Shown one piece after another: positions 46,166 through 56,173 of a stretch of DNA of 58,057 bases (its first letter is position 1; each line of letters begins with the position of its first letter). The DNA lies in the IMG/VR virus record IMGVR_UViG_3300025435_000024, positions 1 through 58,057 of that record, one strand, 5' to 3'. The notes below the pieces were generated by a model. The model was not told the origin of the DNA and made no database searches. It saw only the letters and a program-made list of their open reading frames with translations. This DNA is from a virus (taxonomy: Duplodnaviria; Caudoviricetes). The position numbers and the translations under genes were made by a program.

Positions 46166-46609
46166 TTAATTTACAGTAGTTACCACGTTGCTTAGGTCAA
46201 CATTCAATAGAATGACACGACCCACAGCATTAACTGCACCAGTACCAACTGTAACGCGAGCTGTAGTAGTAGCTGCGCTAGTAACAAGGGACTGTGTAGT
46301 ACCCATTGTAAGACCAGTAGCAGCAACTGTAGCAGCAGACAATAGAGTAGTAGCAGGAGATACAGTGGCAAGAGCCAAAGTACCAGAGTTACCGGCAGTA
46401 TCAGCAGTTGTAATTTCAAACCCACCACGCAACACCAGAGTGTTTGCAGGAATAGTAATTACGTCAACTGTGTCACCAGAAACCGCAGCAGAGAGCGTAG
46501 AACCAGCAGCAAAGCTAAAAGGCTTGTCTACTGTATACGCCAAACGTTGCGGTAGATCGGCAAAACGAGGTGCCGCAGGAGTACTAAAGAGAATGCTATA
46601 AGCAGTCAT
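46166..46609 (-). CDS. capsid decoration/minor capsid protein
   Basis: MTAYS start; paralog of 46622-47131. Confidence 0.65.
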   Translation of the reverse strand: MTAYSILFSTPAAPRFADLPQRLAYTVDKPFSFAAGSTLSAAVSGDTVDVITIPANTLVLRGGFEITTADTAGNSGTLALATVSPATTLLSAATVAATGLTMGTTQSLVTSAATTTARVTVGTGAVNAVGRVILLNVDLSNVVTTVN

Positions 46610-46621
46610 GCTATGCCCTCC

Positions 46622-47131
46622 TTAGTTAACTTTGACCGTGACCGCACTCACGTCAACGTAGATTAAGCCCACACGAATGATTGGGTTACCAAAGGCAGTA
46701 GCGAATGACAGACGAGCTGTCGTACCACCCGGCGCAATAGCCGTACCATAGATTTGCGAAGAGATTGCTGTACCAGTACCTGGCGGAATAATGCCGCCCG
46801 TAGTAGTAACCGAACCCATCGTATAACCAGTGGCATTATTAGCAACACCAGTAACCAAAGTAGTAGCAGGAGCAACCAAAGCCAAAGCCAAAGTGCCTGT
46901 AGTACCCGAAGTAGCAGCCTGAGTGACTTGAATAAAACCACGATCCACCAAAGTTTCAGGCGGCAGAGCAATCACGTCCAGCGTATCAGCTGTAGTGCTT
47001 GCAGAACCTGTAAGTGTGGTAAAATCGACAACCTTATCTGCAACACGCAGAGCAGAAACGTCTGTCAGAGACTCAACTTGACCAGCAAAAAGCGTGGTAG
47101 CTGAGTTAATTGCAACTGAATATGCAGTCAT
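46622..47131 (-). CDS. capsid decoration/minor capsid protein
   Basis: MTAYS start; DTLDVIALPPETLVDRGFI; directly after the MCP. Confidence 0.65.
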   Translation of the reverse strand: MTAYSVAINSATTLFAGQVESLTDVSALRVADKVVDFTTLTGSASTTADTLDVIALPPETLVDRGFIQVTQAATSGTTGTLALALVAPATTLVTGVANNATGYTMGSVTTTGGIIPPGTGTAISSQIYGTAIAPGGTTARLSFATAFGNPIIRVGLIYVDVSAVTVKVN

Positions 47132-47153
47132 TGTATTTCTCCCTTAATCCCTA

Positions 47154-48357
47154 TTAACCGCGCTGCCAATAGACACGGGCCAAAGCTTCTGGACGGAGAG
47201 CCTTACGACCATACAGATGCAGACCACGAACCACGTCAGCAAAGCTGTCTGGATCACGATATGTTTCTGTCTTGGCAATCTGACTAACTGTAGCGACCGC
47301 AGACATATGACCAGCTAAAATGGTACCATAGTTGCCTGTACCAGTTGCATCCGAACCCGAACCACCTGTAACCAATGAGTTTGACAAGTAGCAATCAAAG
47401 CCGCGAATCTTACCTTCGATAACGCGACCATTCCACATGCCGGGACGCATTGGCGAAGTTGAGTCACCAGTTTGATTGACTTGCATCAAACGGCTTTCTT
47501 CAGCTTGCATTTGTTCCCAAAAGAACGGTTCAGCAACAACCCAGCGACCATCCGTAGGCACGTTAGCTTCGTCAAACTTACGGTTCAAACGAGCCAAAAT
47601 GTTCAGAGGAGAGAAGCCACCTGCTGGCGGATTGACACGCACAACAGAAGGAGTTGAAGAAGAGCCAATTGTGATGTTGGTATTAGAAGCAATGTAAGAC
47701 AACACTTCAGCGTCAAAGGCATCTTTCAACTTAAACGCAGCGCGTTCAGTTGCCAAAGATTCCCAGTTGACGTGAGATTGTTTAGCTTCAATGTCGTCAA
47801 CCTTAAATGCAAACTTGTTCGCATGGTCAACAACCAACGTAATATCCGTATCAATCAAATCAGTCGGAGTGATCGACTGTCCACGAACGTACGGAGATAC
47901 GATAATATCCGGTTCCAGAATGATGTGGACGCTATCGCCGTAGTTAGCGATTTCACCAGAATAATCAGTATTCGTAATAGCTTCCACGACGGAAACACGA
48001 CGAAACTTCTTCAGAACTTTCTGAGAGTAGATGGTAGGGCTGAATGCTCCGTTCCTAAGTCATTGATTTCTCAATGTGTCCAGGCTCTTTATCCTGGCTC
48101 CACTATATTTCTATAGTGAGTAGACTATATCATCATTCCGTAGAATGTTGGGCGCTCGTGTCAGGATTATTCTTTCGTCACCTGTTAGTCGTTGAACCTT
48201 CTAAATCCCTGGGGATAAATCCTTACGTATTTAGCTTGGCTGCTGATTGACTTCACCTTTACGTGGTCAGCTTTTCCAGCAATTCACCCAATTTTACCGT
48301 CCCCTAACGATTTTGAGAAGGGAGGTTTCCATAGCCCGCGCTAGTGGAAAATGCCAA
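47154..48357 (-). CDS. major capsid protein (312 aa): exon 1 48319-48357, exon 2 47154-48053
   Basis: AGGAG RBS and TTG start. Splicing gives MAFSTSAGYGNLP/NGAFSPTIYSQKVLKKFR, then TNTDYSGEIANYGDSV, FKVDDIE, RDPDSFADVVRGLHLYGRK. Confidence 0.9.
48054..48318 (-). ncRNA. group I self-splicing intron (IA-type, ORF-less, 265 nt) in the capsid gene
   Basis: Exon ends in U, intron ends in G. IGS CGTT-a-GGGGA pairs with UCCCU (P1, U.G) and AACG (P10). P GAATTGCTGGAAA, Q AATCAGCAG, R GTTCAACGACTA, S GATATAGTC; P3 TTGGGTG/CGCCCAA. Confidence 0.93.
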
Positions 48358-48452
48358 TTTAGTAACTCCTATGTTATAAGTTTTTTAAGTTTATAGTCTA
48401 GGGCTGTTACAAGAGGGGTACTTTTCAGGGCCATCTATCACAGGTTATCTAA

Positions 48453-48992
48453 CTACTTATTATTTTTGTACCTGACGAGTAGTTCTGCCCATCGCAGAAG
48501 ATCGTCCTCAATTAGGTTTTGTTTAATTTTGTTTACATACCAGCAAACAAATTAAACATTCCCTTCACAGTATCCAACGCTTGAATCAATTCTATCTAAT
48601 GACATTAGTTCTTGCGAGGATTTTAAAAAGTTCATGGTTACACCCGTAAGTGCACATTTACCTTTTTGTCTATTGTATAAATCTTCTAAATAACTAAAAG
48701 TTAAATTAAAATTAGATTTATTTCTTTTATTGGCAGAATCTAAACAATATTTAAGTCTACCAATTAATGTACTATTTCTAGTTCTTTGCTGTTCACGATA
48801 AACAGGTAAACGATTTTTTCTATAATTTAAACGTCTATCTTTTTCTTTTTGATAACGTCTACGATTATTTTCCTGCTCACATGCTTTACACCATGGACGA
48901 ATTCTATTACGTTTATTATTTCCTGTTACAGGATCATATTCATTGCGCGATTTAAGAACATTACAAATTTTACATGTTTTATGTGTTAGCAT
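48453..48992 (-). pseudogene. free-standing HNH-like homing endonuclease with an in-frame TAA at 48552-48554
   Basis: CKIC...CKAC, CALTG, SLDRIDS..GY..GNV*FVCWYVNKIK; frame stays open to TAG at 48453. Confidence 0.8.
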
Positions 48993-49009
48993 ATTTTATC
49001 CTTCCTTAG

Positions 49010-49114
49010 TCTGGTAAATTAACCTCTTGTCCCCACAAGAGGGTTTGTGATCAGGATTAGAAGGGTGAAGAAAGGGGGATTTACCAGAACCCCTCAATAA
49101 CCCTGATCACAAAC
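49010..49114 (-). promoter_or_regulatory. structured leader upstream of the HNH gene
   Basis: 13-bp stem 49043-55/49102-14; hairpin 49021-45; 10-bp crossing pair 49010-19/49079-88 next to the RBS. Confidence 0.5.
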
Positions 49115-49126
49115 TATAAAACTCTG

Positions 49127-49291
49127 TTACTTAGTAGTAACGTCCTTTTTAACGTCTTGAATGACGGTTTCAACTGTGTTCACAGCAGTATCAAGCTTAG
49201 CTTGGGTGCCAGAACGAACAAGATAAGACTTAAGGAATGCACCAGCCACGACTAGGCCGACAACAATCAGAATCACAAAGATAGTTTCCAT
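49127..49291 (-). CDS. small membrane protein (54 aa)
   Basis: AAGGA RBS; METIFVILIVVGLVVAGAFLK. Confidence 0.6.
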   Translation of the reverse strand: METIFVILIVVGLVVAGAFLKSYLVRSGTQAKLDTAVNTVETVIQDVKKDVTTK

Positions 49292-49389
49292 TATGCATTC
49301 CTTTAAAAAGGATAGGGCTTGAATTATAACATCCGATCTTTCACGGTTTTTCAGTTATAGGAACAGCGGCCCTAACCATATTAACCAAT

Positions 49390-49418
49390 ATACTATACTA
49401 CAAAAAATACCTTGTCAA
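49390..49418 (-). promoter_or_regulatory. sigma70-like promoter for the capsid operon
   Basis: TTGACA-17 bp-TAGTAT. Confidence 0.7.
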
Positions 49419-49426
49419 GTACTTTT

Positions 49427-50326
49427 TTAACGAGAACCTGAAATATCATAAATAACACGACCTTCATTACGAGCTTGGTCAATCATGTCTTCATACTTTT
49501 CAAATTCTTTACCCTTAAGGCTATGAATCCAAGACTCTTTAATCACAGACTTATCTCCATCTACGGAAATGTCTGCTGCTTTAGAGTTAGTTACAGCCTT
49601 AGAAGCTTCTAGATTAGGCTTAGCTGGCTTCTTAGCTGGCTGCTTATCGTTATTAAGCAAGCCCATTTCAGCCTTGTACATAGTAATGACCTTAGCCGCT
49701 GCATGGGGGTCATTATCTTCGTATAGAGCATCCCTAAAGTTCTTAGGCAGTGCTTTAGCCCAGTCATGGAAGGCTGGATCATCACCCAACTCATCCACAT
49801 CAGGATGAAGACTCTTAAGAATGGCCTTAGCTTTATCTGCTGATTCCATATGCAGATTAGTCATAAGCTGGTCTACTTGAGCCTGTAGAGCATTAATCTG
49901 GCTCTCCTGCTCCTGTGCAGCAACACTACGAACTAAAGCATATACGTCAGGGTATTGATTAGCCCAAGCTTGAACTTCATCCTTACTCTTAGGCATTTCC
50001 TTATTAGCTGGAACTTGAGCAGCAGCAATAGAGGCTTTAAGCTCTGCTAATTGCTTATTAAACTCTTTTTCTTGGCGCTGCTGGTGAGCACGTAGATCAC
50101 CATATCGTTTCTTCCAAGTCTGTTCTTCAGGATTAAGTGCTGTTTCCTCTACTTTATTAGTAGTCTCTTCAACAATCTTTTCAACATCAGCAGCAGTAAA
50201 CTTTGTCTTATCTTTTACTGCCACTTGGGGCAATGCGTTATCATCGTCTAGTTCTTGCCTACGATAAGGCTTTGGTTTCATGAACTTAGGCGAAGGGGCA
50301 TTGGTAGCCGCTTCTGTAGTTGTCAT
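49427..50326 (-). CDS. capsid scaffolding protein
   Basis: WKKRYGDLR, coiled coil, HPD...FHDW; upstream of the MCP. Confidence 0.75.
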   Translation of the reverse strand: MTTTEAATNAPSPKFMKPKPYRRQELDDDNALPQVAVKDKTKFTAADVEKIVEETTNKVEETALNPEEQTWKKRYGDLRAHQQRQEKEFNKQLAELKASIAAAQVPANKEMPKSKDEVQAWANQYPDVYALVRSVAAQEQESQINALQAQVDQLMTNLHMESADKAKAILKSLHPDVDELGDDPAFHDWAKALPKNFRDALYEDNDPHAAAKVITMYKAEMGLLNNDKQPAKKPAKPNLEASKAVTNSKAADISVDGDKSVIKESWIHSLKGKEFEKYEDMIDQARNEGRVIYDISGSR

Positions 50327-50335
50327 TGTTTAGTA

Positions 50336-51358
50336 TTATTCCTTTCTAAATAGTGGACTGGACTGTTTATATGCTGTTGGCATAATTTGGGGTAATTGAC
50401 TATTAGTATTTGAAGGTGGAATATTACCCGCTTTTAAACCACCTTGTGCCATGAAGTCGTCTTCGTCATCATGTTGATCAAAATTAACATTTTTACTATT
50501 GTAAGTCAAGTCTTTTTCACCCGGCTTCTTAATAATACCACCTTTTTTAAGGTATGGAGACACTACAGTAGTGTTAATATTCTCTCCCCCTTTAGCTTCT
50601 TCATATGCGTCTCTACCACCAGATAGAGTCATATCAGGAGCTTCATTCTCTTCACCAGGGTTTTTACCATCACCATCTTTACGTAATTGACCAGCCATGT
50701 CCATACGAGCTAGACCGACTAATGCCATATCACGCATGTCTGTAAAGAACTTTAATCCCCACCAACGTACTACATTGGCAGGAATAACCATCTCACCCTT
50801 AGACAGCATAGTAGGCTGGTCATCAGCAATCTCTTCTGGTAATGCACCGGGAGGTGGCTCATCTTTAGGCTTTTTGATAATGCCTTTATCCACTTTGCCA
50901 CCTTCTTTCATCATTACACTATTATTATAATCTCCTAGAGCGGCTAAAGCACCGCCGTTAGCAGCGTCTATTGGATTATCAATAGAAGTGCCAATCATAC
51001 TAAAGCCACCACCTTTATCGGCTTTAACAATTCCACCCTGTTTCATCAAAGGGCTACTACGACCAGCTTGTGTAGCTTGATTAAGTGATTGACCAGAGGA
51101 CATACCATCCTTCTGTAATTCATACGCAATAGAATTAGTATGAGTAGGATTAGCCACTTCAGGACTACGCATCATTGGGGGAGGTGTAGTATCAGTAAGT
51201 TCATTAATCTTATCTGTTAATTGCTTCATCTGATCTGTACTAGGAATAGAATTACCCGTCTGAGCAGCACCCGGAACAGTGCTAGTCTCAGTTGCATCAA
51301 ACGTCTTATCAGTAGATAAAGCGTTAGCAGTTGGTCCTAGTTTATGAATCATTCCCAT
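50336..51358 (-). CDS. putative head maturation peptidase (LSxGE domain) with multiple xxGG motifs
   Basis: DDQPTMLSKGEMVIPANVVRWWG; located between portal and scaffold. Confidence 0.5.
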   Translation of the reverse strand: MGMIHKLGPTANALSTDKTFDATETSTVPGAAQTGNSIPSTDQMKQLTDKINELTDTTPPPMMRSPEVANPTHTNSIAYELQKDGMSSGQSLNQATQAGRSSPLMKQGGIVKADKGGGFSMIGTSIDNPIDAANGGALAALGDYNNSVMMKEGGKVDKGIIKKPKDEPPPGALPEEIADDQPTMLSKGEMVIPANVVRWWGLKFFTDMRDMALVGLARMDMAGQLRKDGDGKNPGEENEAPDMTLSGGRDAYEEAKGGENINTTVVSPYLKKGGIIKKPGEKDLTYNSKNVNFDQHDDEDDFMAQGGLKAGNIPPSNTNSQLPQIMPTAYKQSSPLFRKE

Positions 51359-51579
51359 TAGGTTTTTTCATACCTCTTTCGATCATCTAATACATGTTCA
51401 CGAAGCTTTTGCAATACTCGTAATTCTTTTAAAGCACCTTGTGATGCTGGATTAAGATTATTTTCTAATTCATTTCTATGATATTCAATGCGTTCTTTGA
51501 CATAATCTTGTAGTCGTGACATTATATCTATATCATTGACCACTGGTAGAAGTGTCTCCACCATATCTTTGCTGAACAT
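51358..51579 (-). CDS. conserved small portal-adjacent protein
   Basis: QGALKELR.L..LR. Confidence 0.55.
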   Translation of the reverse strand: MFSKDMVETLLPVVNDIDIMSRLQDYVKERIEYHRNELENNLNPASQGALKELRVLQKLREHVLDDRKRYEKT

Positions 51580-51580
51580 A

Positions 51581-51958
51581 CTATGGCCTATTTTGTGTGG
51601 TGCGAGTAATTACATTAGCCCTACCATAAATATTAATTTTATTAGCACTATCGGCATAAGCTTTAATAGACACGCCACCATTAAATAAATTGTCACCGTC
51701 AAGTACATCCTGAACAATTGAATTGGCTGGAACAACTATGATTACATTGTCTGATGTACTAGTACCACCAAGTTGTAATGTCAGTGTACGACTTACACTG
51801 TCAATATTAGCTGCATATAGATATAGCTGAGTAAAGTATAACCCTGTGGAATCTGTAGGCACAGTATGAATTAAAGTACCAGGAGAAGTAGTTGCTGCTA
51901 CAGCAATAGGTCTACCATTTGTAGAGCCAGACAGAAGTACTGGATTATCTATCGCCAT
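51581..51958 (-). CDS. putative virion structural protein
   Basis: LSGSTNGRPIAVAAT..PGT.IH; AGAG RBS. Confidence 0.55.
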   Translation of the reverse strand: MAIDNPVLLSGSTNGRPIAVAATTSPGTLIHTVPTDSTGLYFTQLYLYAANIDSVSRTLTLQLGGTSTSDNVIIVVPANSIVQDVLDGDNLFNGGVSIKAYADSANKINIYGRANVITRTTQNRP

Positions 51959-51969
51959 TAGTAAACTCT

Positions 51970-54147
51970 TTATCCTTTAGGAGTGCCAGAAAATCCAGGT
52001 GTAGCTGGTCCTGGTGCTGCTCCCGTGCCGATAGTTCCGCCTCCATTACCGCTAGGTCCTGCTGGAGGTTGTGCACCGTTTTGAGGAGTGTTTTGACCAT
52101 TTGGCGATCCGGCTCCTGCCCCCCCTTGAGGTGGCGAATTAGGCACTTGCTGAGCTTTTGCAAAGATGGCAGCCTGGAGTAAAGCTTCTTCATTAGTGTT
52201 TGTAACCTTATCTGGATCAAGATCAAGAGACTTAGCAATTTCACGTACAATATATGGAAACTTAATAAACGGAGCAAGTTGAGGGTTACTACCAACTTGC
52301 AGGAATGTAGTAAGCCGTTGACTACGTACTTCATTACGCATCAATGACTCAGTGCCACGTGAAATAACTTCTAGATCACCTTTAATGGCAGGATCAAAAT
52401 CAAACTGCATATTCCATGCAAACATAGCCTCACCAAGAGGCTGTAGCAAATAGTCATCAAGGTTTTTTACTACGTTACGAATATTGCCACTAGCAGCACC
52501 CATAATCATACTAATGCCAGATGCAGTACGACCTAAACCAGGACTAATCTGACTATTACCATGTGTGATACTAGGAACGCCAGTAGCTTCATCAGCAATC
52601 TCTCTAGCCTTGTCAAACATCTGCATATTAGATTGGGTGACATTAGGGAATTGATGACTAAAGATAGACTGGCCTGGTGCACCACCATTCTTGTAGAAGA
52701 TTTTACCCGGATAGAATGTCTTATCTTGACCCGGAACAAGAATAGTCTCGTCCATTTCAAAGACTAATGAACCAGACATGACACCATTATCAACAGCCAT
52801 TCGCATGAAGCCGTTCATCAAATCTTGGCTATCTTGCATATTTTCAGCTAAACCAACACCCCACGTAATATATGGTTGCAGTTCATACGGCACAGCATAA
52901 TATGGAATACGTTTAGGAACAAACGGATTCAATACTAAACGTAATACTTCATTGCCACATGCCCATGCATTTACTAGAATTTCATCTAATCCATCGTATT
53001 CAGGCGGAATAGTCAAACCTTGACGTTCAGCAGACTCACGATCAATATTACCCCAGTATTCTAACACTTCGTAGCGTTCAATAGCTGGAATCATAGGAAG
53101 GTCTTGTAATACAGGCTCCCACCATAAACGAGTATAATTAAAACCACCATCAATAACGCGTTCAATAGCATCTGCATCAAATAGAGGACGCTTCTTAAGA
53201 TTACGCAATTGTGTTTTGCTCATCTTATGGCGCTCAATTACATAAGACCATCCTTCAGCATTGCGAGCATCTGGATCGCAGTAAATATTCCAAATTGAAG
53301 GAGCATCGAGTAAAGGCATATGCTTGATACGAGGATTATACGTACCATCATCTTCCCAGTTAGGTAGCTCTTTTTCAAGGGTTAATGGACCTTTCATAAA
53401 CCCAGTACCAAACAAGACCATTTCAAACGCAGTTAAACGCAAATGTTTAGAAGCAGATGACGAATCTAGCTGATCGTGTATCTTTTTTTCCATGCGCTTA
53501 GCAGCAATCATCGCAGGTTCAACTTCAATTTGACCCGGCAACACTGCGTCTTGGAATGTGTTTTGGCTAGTTTTAAATTGTCCTGCTTTATCGGCCATTT
53601 CTTTTGACATTAAGTCACGAAGAATGTGTTCTGTGGCACCAGCAGGAATTTCACGACCATCACCAGGATAGCCGTACGGGCTTTCAGATACGCTGTCATC
53701 CTCTTGAGGAGCACTCTGTTTATCTGTAGGCTGATTAGTATCAATGACAATAGGAGCAGCAACACCATCCGGTAAACGACGAGGTTCTACGCCAATTGGA
53801 AACTTGTTAGCGGAAAACAAAACATCCATAATCTGACTGAATGCAGCCAGTACTTTAGTCTTAGTAATCTTAACAAATACACGACTGCGCTCAGTCTCAA
53901 GAAACTGTGTATCGGGGCCATATAGACCACGATAGTTTCTGTAAGACTGAATCCAGCGTTGTTCAATTGGACGACGAGCTGTCAGGGCACGTTGATAACG
54001 GTCTTGTACAAAACCAATGACACCATTGACTGCTTGAATCTCTGACGCTGATTGATGCTTTAACCCATCATGATCAAACGACATAATCTCGTCAGTGCCA
54101 GGATTTTGCTGCTCTGCTGACTCGCCCGGATTTTTAAAGAGGGCCAT
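51970..54147 (-). CDS. portal protein
   Basis: 725 aa; YRNYRG.Y, FVKITKTKVLAA, GTG..K, RTASG.SM; after the terminase. Confidence 0.85.
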   Translation of the reverse strand: MALFKNPGESAEQQNPGTDEIMSFDHDGLKHQSASEIQAVNGVIGFVQDRYQRALTARRPIEQRWIQSYRNYRGLYGPDTQFLETERSRVFVKITKTKVLAAFSQIMDVLFSANKFPIGVEPRRLPDGVAAPIVIDTNQPTDKQSAPQEDDSVSESPYGYPGDGREIPAGATEHILRDLMSKEMADKAGQFKTSQNTFQDAVLPGQIEVEPAMIAAKRMEKKIHDQLDSSSASKHLRLTAFEMVLFGTGFMKGPLTLEKELPNWEDDGTYNPRIKHMPLLDAPSIWNIYCDPDARNAEGWSYVIERHKMSKTQLRNLKKRPLFDADAIERVIDGGFNYTRLWWEPVLQDLPMIPAIERYEVLEYWGNIDRESAERQGLTIPPEYDGLDEILVNAWACGNEVLRLVLNPFVPKRIPYYAVPYELQPYITWGVGLAENMQDSQDLMNGFMRMAVDNGVMSGSLVFEMDETILVPGQDKTFYPGKIFYKNGGAPGQSIFSHQFPNVTQSNMQMFDKAREIADEATGVPSITHGNSQISPGLGRTASGISMIMGAASGNIRNVVKNLDDYLLQPLGEAMFAWNMQFDFDPAIKGDLEVISRGTESLMRNEVRSQRLTTFLQVGSNPQLAPFIKFPYIVREIAKSLDLDPDKVTNTNEEALLQAAIFAKAQQVPNSPPQGGAGAGSPNGQNTPQNGAQPPAGPSGNGGGTIGTGAAPGPATPGFSGTPKG

Positions 54148-54155
54148 AAACTGGC

Positions 54156-54464
54156 TTACTTACCAGCGTTTGCTTCTTTAGCTGCATTGACCATGTAATT
54201 ACGGTCATCAGCCAAATCCCATAGTTTCTTGTATTCGTCTGGTTTCTTACCAGCGCCTTTAATCTTGGCAGCGTCTACGCCATTGATCGGAACATCAGAG
54301 AACTTTTGTTCAATATCAAACTCTTCGCCTTCATAGCCAGCTTTCTTATCTTTAGCGTCTTTTGCGCTAGAAAGTTCACCTTGTGGGACTTGCTTATAAA
54401 TAAAACTATCGCCCAAATTCTTGTATGCTGTATCCAAGAATGCCTTGCTTTCCTTAGTTGCCAT
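54156..54464 (-). CDS. hypothetical protein
   Basis: AAGGAG RBS, 102 aa. Confidence 0.6.
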   Translation of the reverse strand: MATKESKAFLDTAYKNLGDSFIYKQVPQGELSSAKDAKDKKAGYEGEEFDIEQKFSDVPINGVDAAKIKGAGKKPDEYKKLWDLADDRNYMVNAAKEANAGK

Positions 54465-54475
54465 ATTCTATCTCC

Positions 54476-56173
54476 TTAATATCCAAATGTTGCATTTGCT
54501 GGTTGCCAAGTCCTATTATGCCGAATGTCCCACGTAGTCCTGTGGTTAGTGTCCGAAGCAAGAGGACGAGACATTACACCATATCTTAATGCGTCATACG
54601 CATGATCTTCCGCCTTTGTGTCAACATCCTCTGGATCAGTTTTGTCAAGAGGCAGAGTAGGCAATGTTCTTATAAGGTTAGCACAAGTATTAAATATTGT
54701 CAAGCGTGGTTTTTTAGTAATTGAATCTATTGCTAGACGCCTATGTACTTCCATTTTACCAGATATACGACTATTTCTAGCACCTTGTGCTGCCACTCGA
54801 CCAGATGGTTTCCATCTACATCCCATCTTATTCATTGTCTCGGCTATACTTGGGCCAATATCACCACGCCTAGACCAAGCAGATACGTCAAGCACTCCAT
54901 AAGACACGTATTCAGATTGCTCCAAATCCATAACTTTATTGCCAACTTCTGTAGCATTTAATCCTCTAAAGTATAACTCTCTGTATACAATGAGTTCATT
55001 GTCTGGGCTGACTGCAAACCACAATACACATCCGGGTGAGCTAAATCCCCAGTCTGCTCCTCTAAATCGAGTCCAGTGTTCAGGAATCTTGTATGGTTGA
55101 ACCACGTGTACAAGTCTGCTGAACTCTTGAAATGCTGCCCCTTCCACAATGTCCCAGTCACCTTCAAGCAGTCTTCGACGTTGTGCTTCTGGCAAAGAGA
55201 GCAGGTTGGTTTCGTAGTCACCTGATTCATAGAGATGGGGGTTATCACTCAATTTAGCAGGAATAAACCTACGCTTAAACAATGGCTGACCAGCTTTAGC
55301 ATGATTAGGTGGATACTCTAGTGTCTCACCAGTCTCAATATTAGTAGCCCAAAACGCTTGGCCCGGTACAGCAGGATCAATAAACATCTTACGAACCCAC
55401 CAAGCACCCACATTACCGGGGTTACAAGAAGCTCGCATACATAATGGTAAAGTAGGATCAGCAGACCGTAAACGAGAACGCATATATTCCCAAGCATAAG
55501 GGGTAGACCAATGCGTAAGCTCGTCAAACCCAATCCAATTGAATGCCTGACCAGTGTAACGTAATACGTCATCGTCCCTGTCCAAGTAAGTAAGCCAGAT
55601 CATAGCCCCTGAAGGAAAGGTCCATGTAGATTTCTGCTCTGACCACTTAGCTCCGGGGTAAGCTTTAGGATATATCTCCTTAGTCTTACTTACAATTTCG
55701 CGTAATTCGTCATTAGTATGACGTAAAAGCAATGCCCTATGGTTAGGATTAGCACAATAACGCAATGGATCAACGATCATAGCCATCGTTTTACCACCAC
55801 CAGCAGCCCCACCATACAGTACTTCACGCTCGCTAGAAGCTAAAAAGTCAGTCTGTGGACCCTCATTTGGCACAAAAATGACCGCATCTGGATCTGTTTT
55901 TATGTCTTCAATCAGCGATTCTGGAGCTAAATCAAGCTCGTTTGTCTCAATTATAGCTGTTTTACTAGTCTTTTTAGCTATTTTTTCCAGCTTTTCAATG
56001 GCTGAAAGGTCTTTTTTAGCCTCTTTTACCAGTTTTGATACTTCGCCAGTAGCTTTTCTAGCCCTTTTTACTTCTTTATTAGCCTGAAACTTACGTCTTT
56101 CCGCCTTTGTAACAAGTTGCTTAGTACTAACCTTCTTTTTAAGCGGTGGCGGTGGAGGTAGTTCGTTTGGCAC
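54476..56173 (-). CDS. terL: terminase large subunit
   Basis: PNEGPQ, YGGAAGGGKT, FDELT, NPG, DNPHL, DWG, EDHAYDALRY. Confidence 0.92.
   Translation of the reverse strand: MPNELPPPPPLKKKVSTKQLVTKAERRKFQANKEVKRARKATGEVSKLVKEAKKDLSAIEKLEKIAKKTSKTAIIETNELDLAPESLIEDIKTDPDAVIFVPNEGPQTDFLASSEREVLYGGAAGGGKTMAMIVDPLRYCANPNHRALLLRHTNDELREIVSKTKEIYPKAYPGAKWSEQKSTWTFPSGAMIWLTYLDRDDDVLRYTGQAFNWIGFDELTHWSTPYAWEYMRSRLRSADPTLPLCMRASCNPGNVGAWWVRKMFIDPAVPGQAFWATNIETGETLEYPPNHAKAGQPLFKRRFIPAKLSDNPHLYESGDYETNLLSLPEAQRRRLLEGDWDIVEGAAFQEFSRLVHVVQPYKIPEHWTRFRGADWGFSSPGCVLWFAVSPDNELIVYRELYFRGLNATEVGNKVMDLEQSEYVSYGVLDVSAWSRRGDIGPSIAETMNKMGCRWKPSGRVAAQGARNSRISGKMEVHRRLAIDSITKKPRLTIFNTCANLIRTLPTLPLDKTDPEDVDTKAEDHAYDALRYGVMSRPLASDTNHRTTWDIRHNRTWQPANATFGY

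Noticed and set aside
47154-47987. 277-aa ORF taken as the full major capsid protein
   Set aside because: The frame is open to 48053, and the real start with RBS is at 48357, across the intron.
48552-48554. Stop-codon reassignment
   Set aside because: A single case; TAA, TAG and TGA terminate genes normally elsewhere, and no suppressor tRNA was seen.
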